DNA of 19,372 bases from Sandaracinaceae bacterium (GTDB lineage: Bacteria; Myxococcota_A; Polyangia; Polyangiales; Sandaracinaceae): contig JBGAQA010000115.1 in NCBI GenBank assembly GCA_044220955.1, positions 1-19,372 of the forward strand. Reading direction: 5' to 3'. Of this stretch, positions 19,296-19,372 are shown piece after piece (the first letter of the stretch is position 1; each line of letters starts with the position of its first letter). Below the pieces are notes generated by a model, which worked only from the letters and a program-made list of their open reading frames with translations, made no database searches and was not told the DNA's origin. The translations under genes and the position numbers were made by a program.

Positions 19296-19372
19296 GCGAG
19301 GGCGAGGGCGAGGGCGAGGGCGAGGGCGAGGGCGAGGGCGAGGGCGAGGGCGAGGGCGAGGGCGAGGGCGAG
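19296..19372. repeat. Perfect hexanucleotide microsatellite (GCGAGG)n, at least 12 copies, running off the window end
   Basis: Seen directly. Confidence 0.95.

Overview
GC-rich bacterial chromosomal DNA. The gene content (giant TPR protein, Hanks-type Ser/Thr kinase, AglQ/AglS-like ExbD, Cys-rich lipoprotein) suggests a myxobacterium, which is an inference. About 18 tightly packed genes: a 5'-truncated giant TPR protein, a degenerate phosphoesterase-like protein, nadD and a DUF2520 Rossmann protein (+); a PLP aminotransferase, an orphan Dam-family methylase, a lone ExbD/TolR, a CxxC-hydrophobic-CxxC protein and a tail-anchored kinase (-); a FolB-cupin fusion and an SDR (+); an HNH nuclease and a Cys-rich lipoprotein with an S74 autocleaving chaperone domain (-); a MinD/FlhG ATPase-pseudo-J-HTH fusion, maf and yggS (+); DUF962 and a small Cys-rich secreted protein (-); a YdcF/DUF218 protein (+); and a terminal (GAGGGC)n tract. 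No rRNA, tRNA, CRISPR array, integrase or transposase was seen. The best leads are (1) the non-phage S74-chaperoned Cys-module lipoprotein, whose module recurs as a stand-alone secreted mini-protein about 4 kb away, (2) the ATPase-pseudo-J-HTH fusion, (3) the FolB-cupin/SDR pair, and (4) recurring TANNNT-N6-7-start motifs suggesting leaderless genes, one of which (dam) is bracketed by an inverted repeat. All family calls come from motif recognition by eye; no database searches were run.
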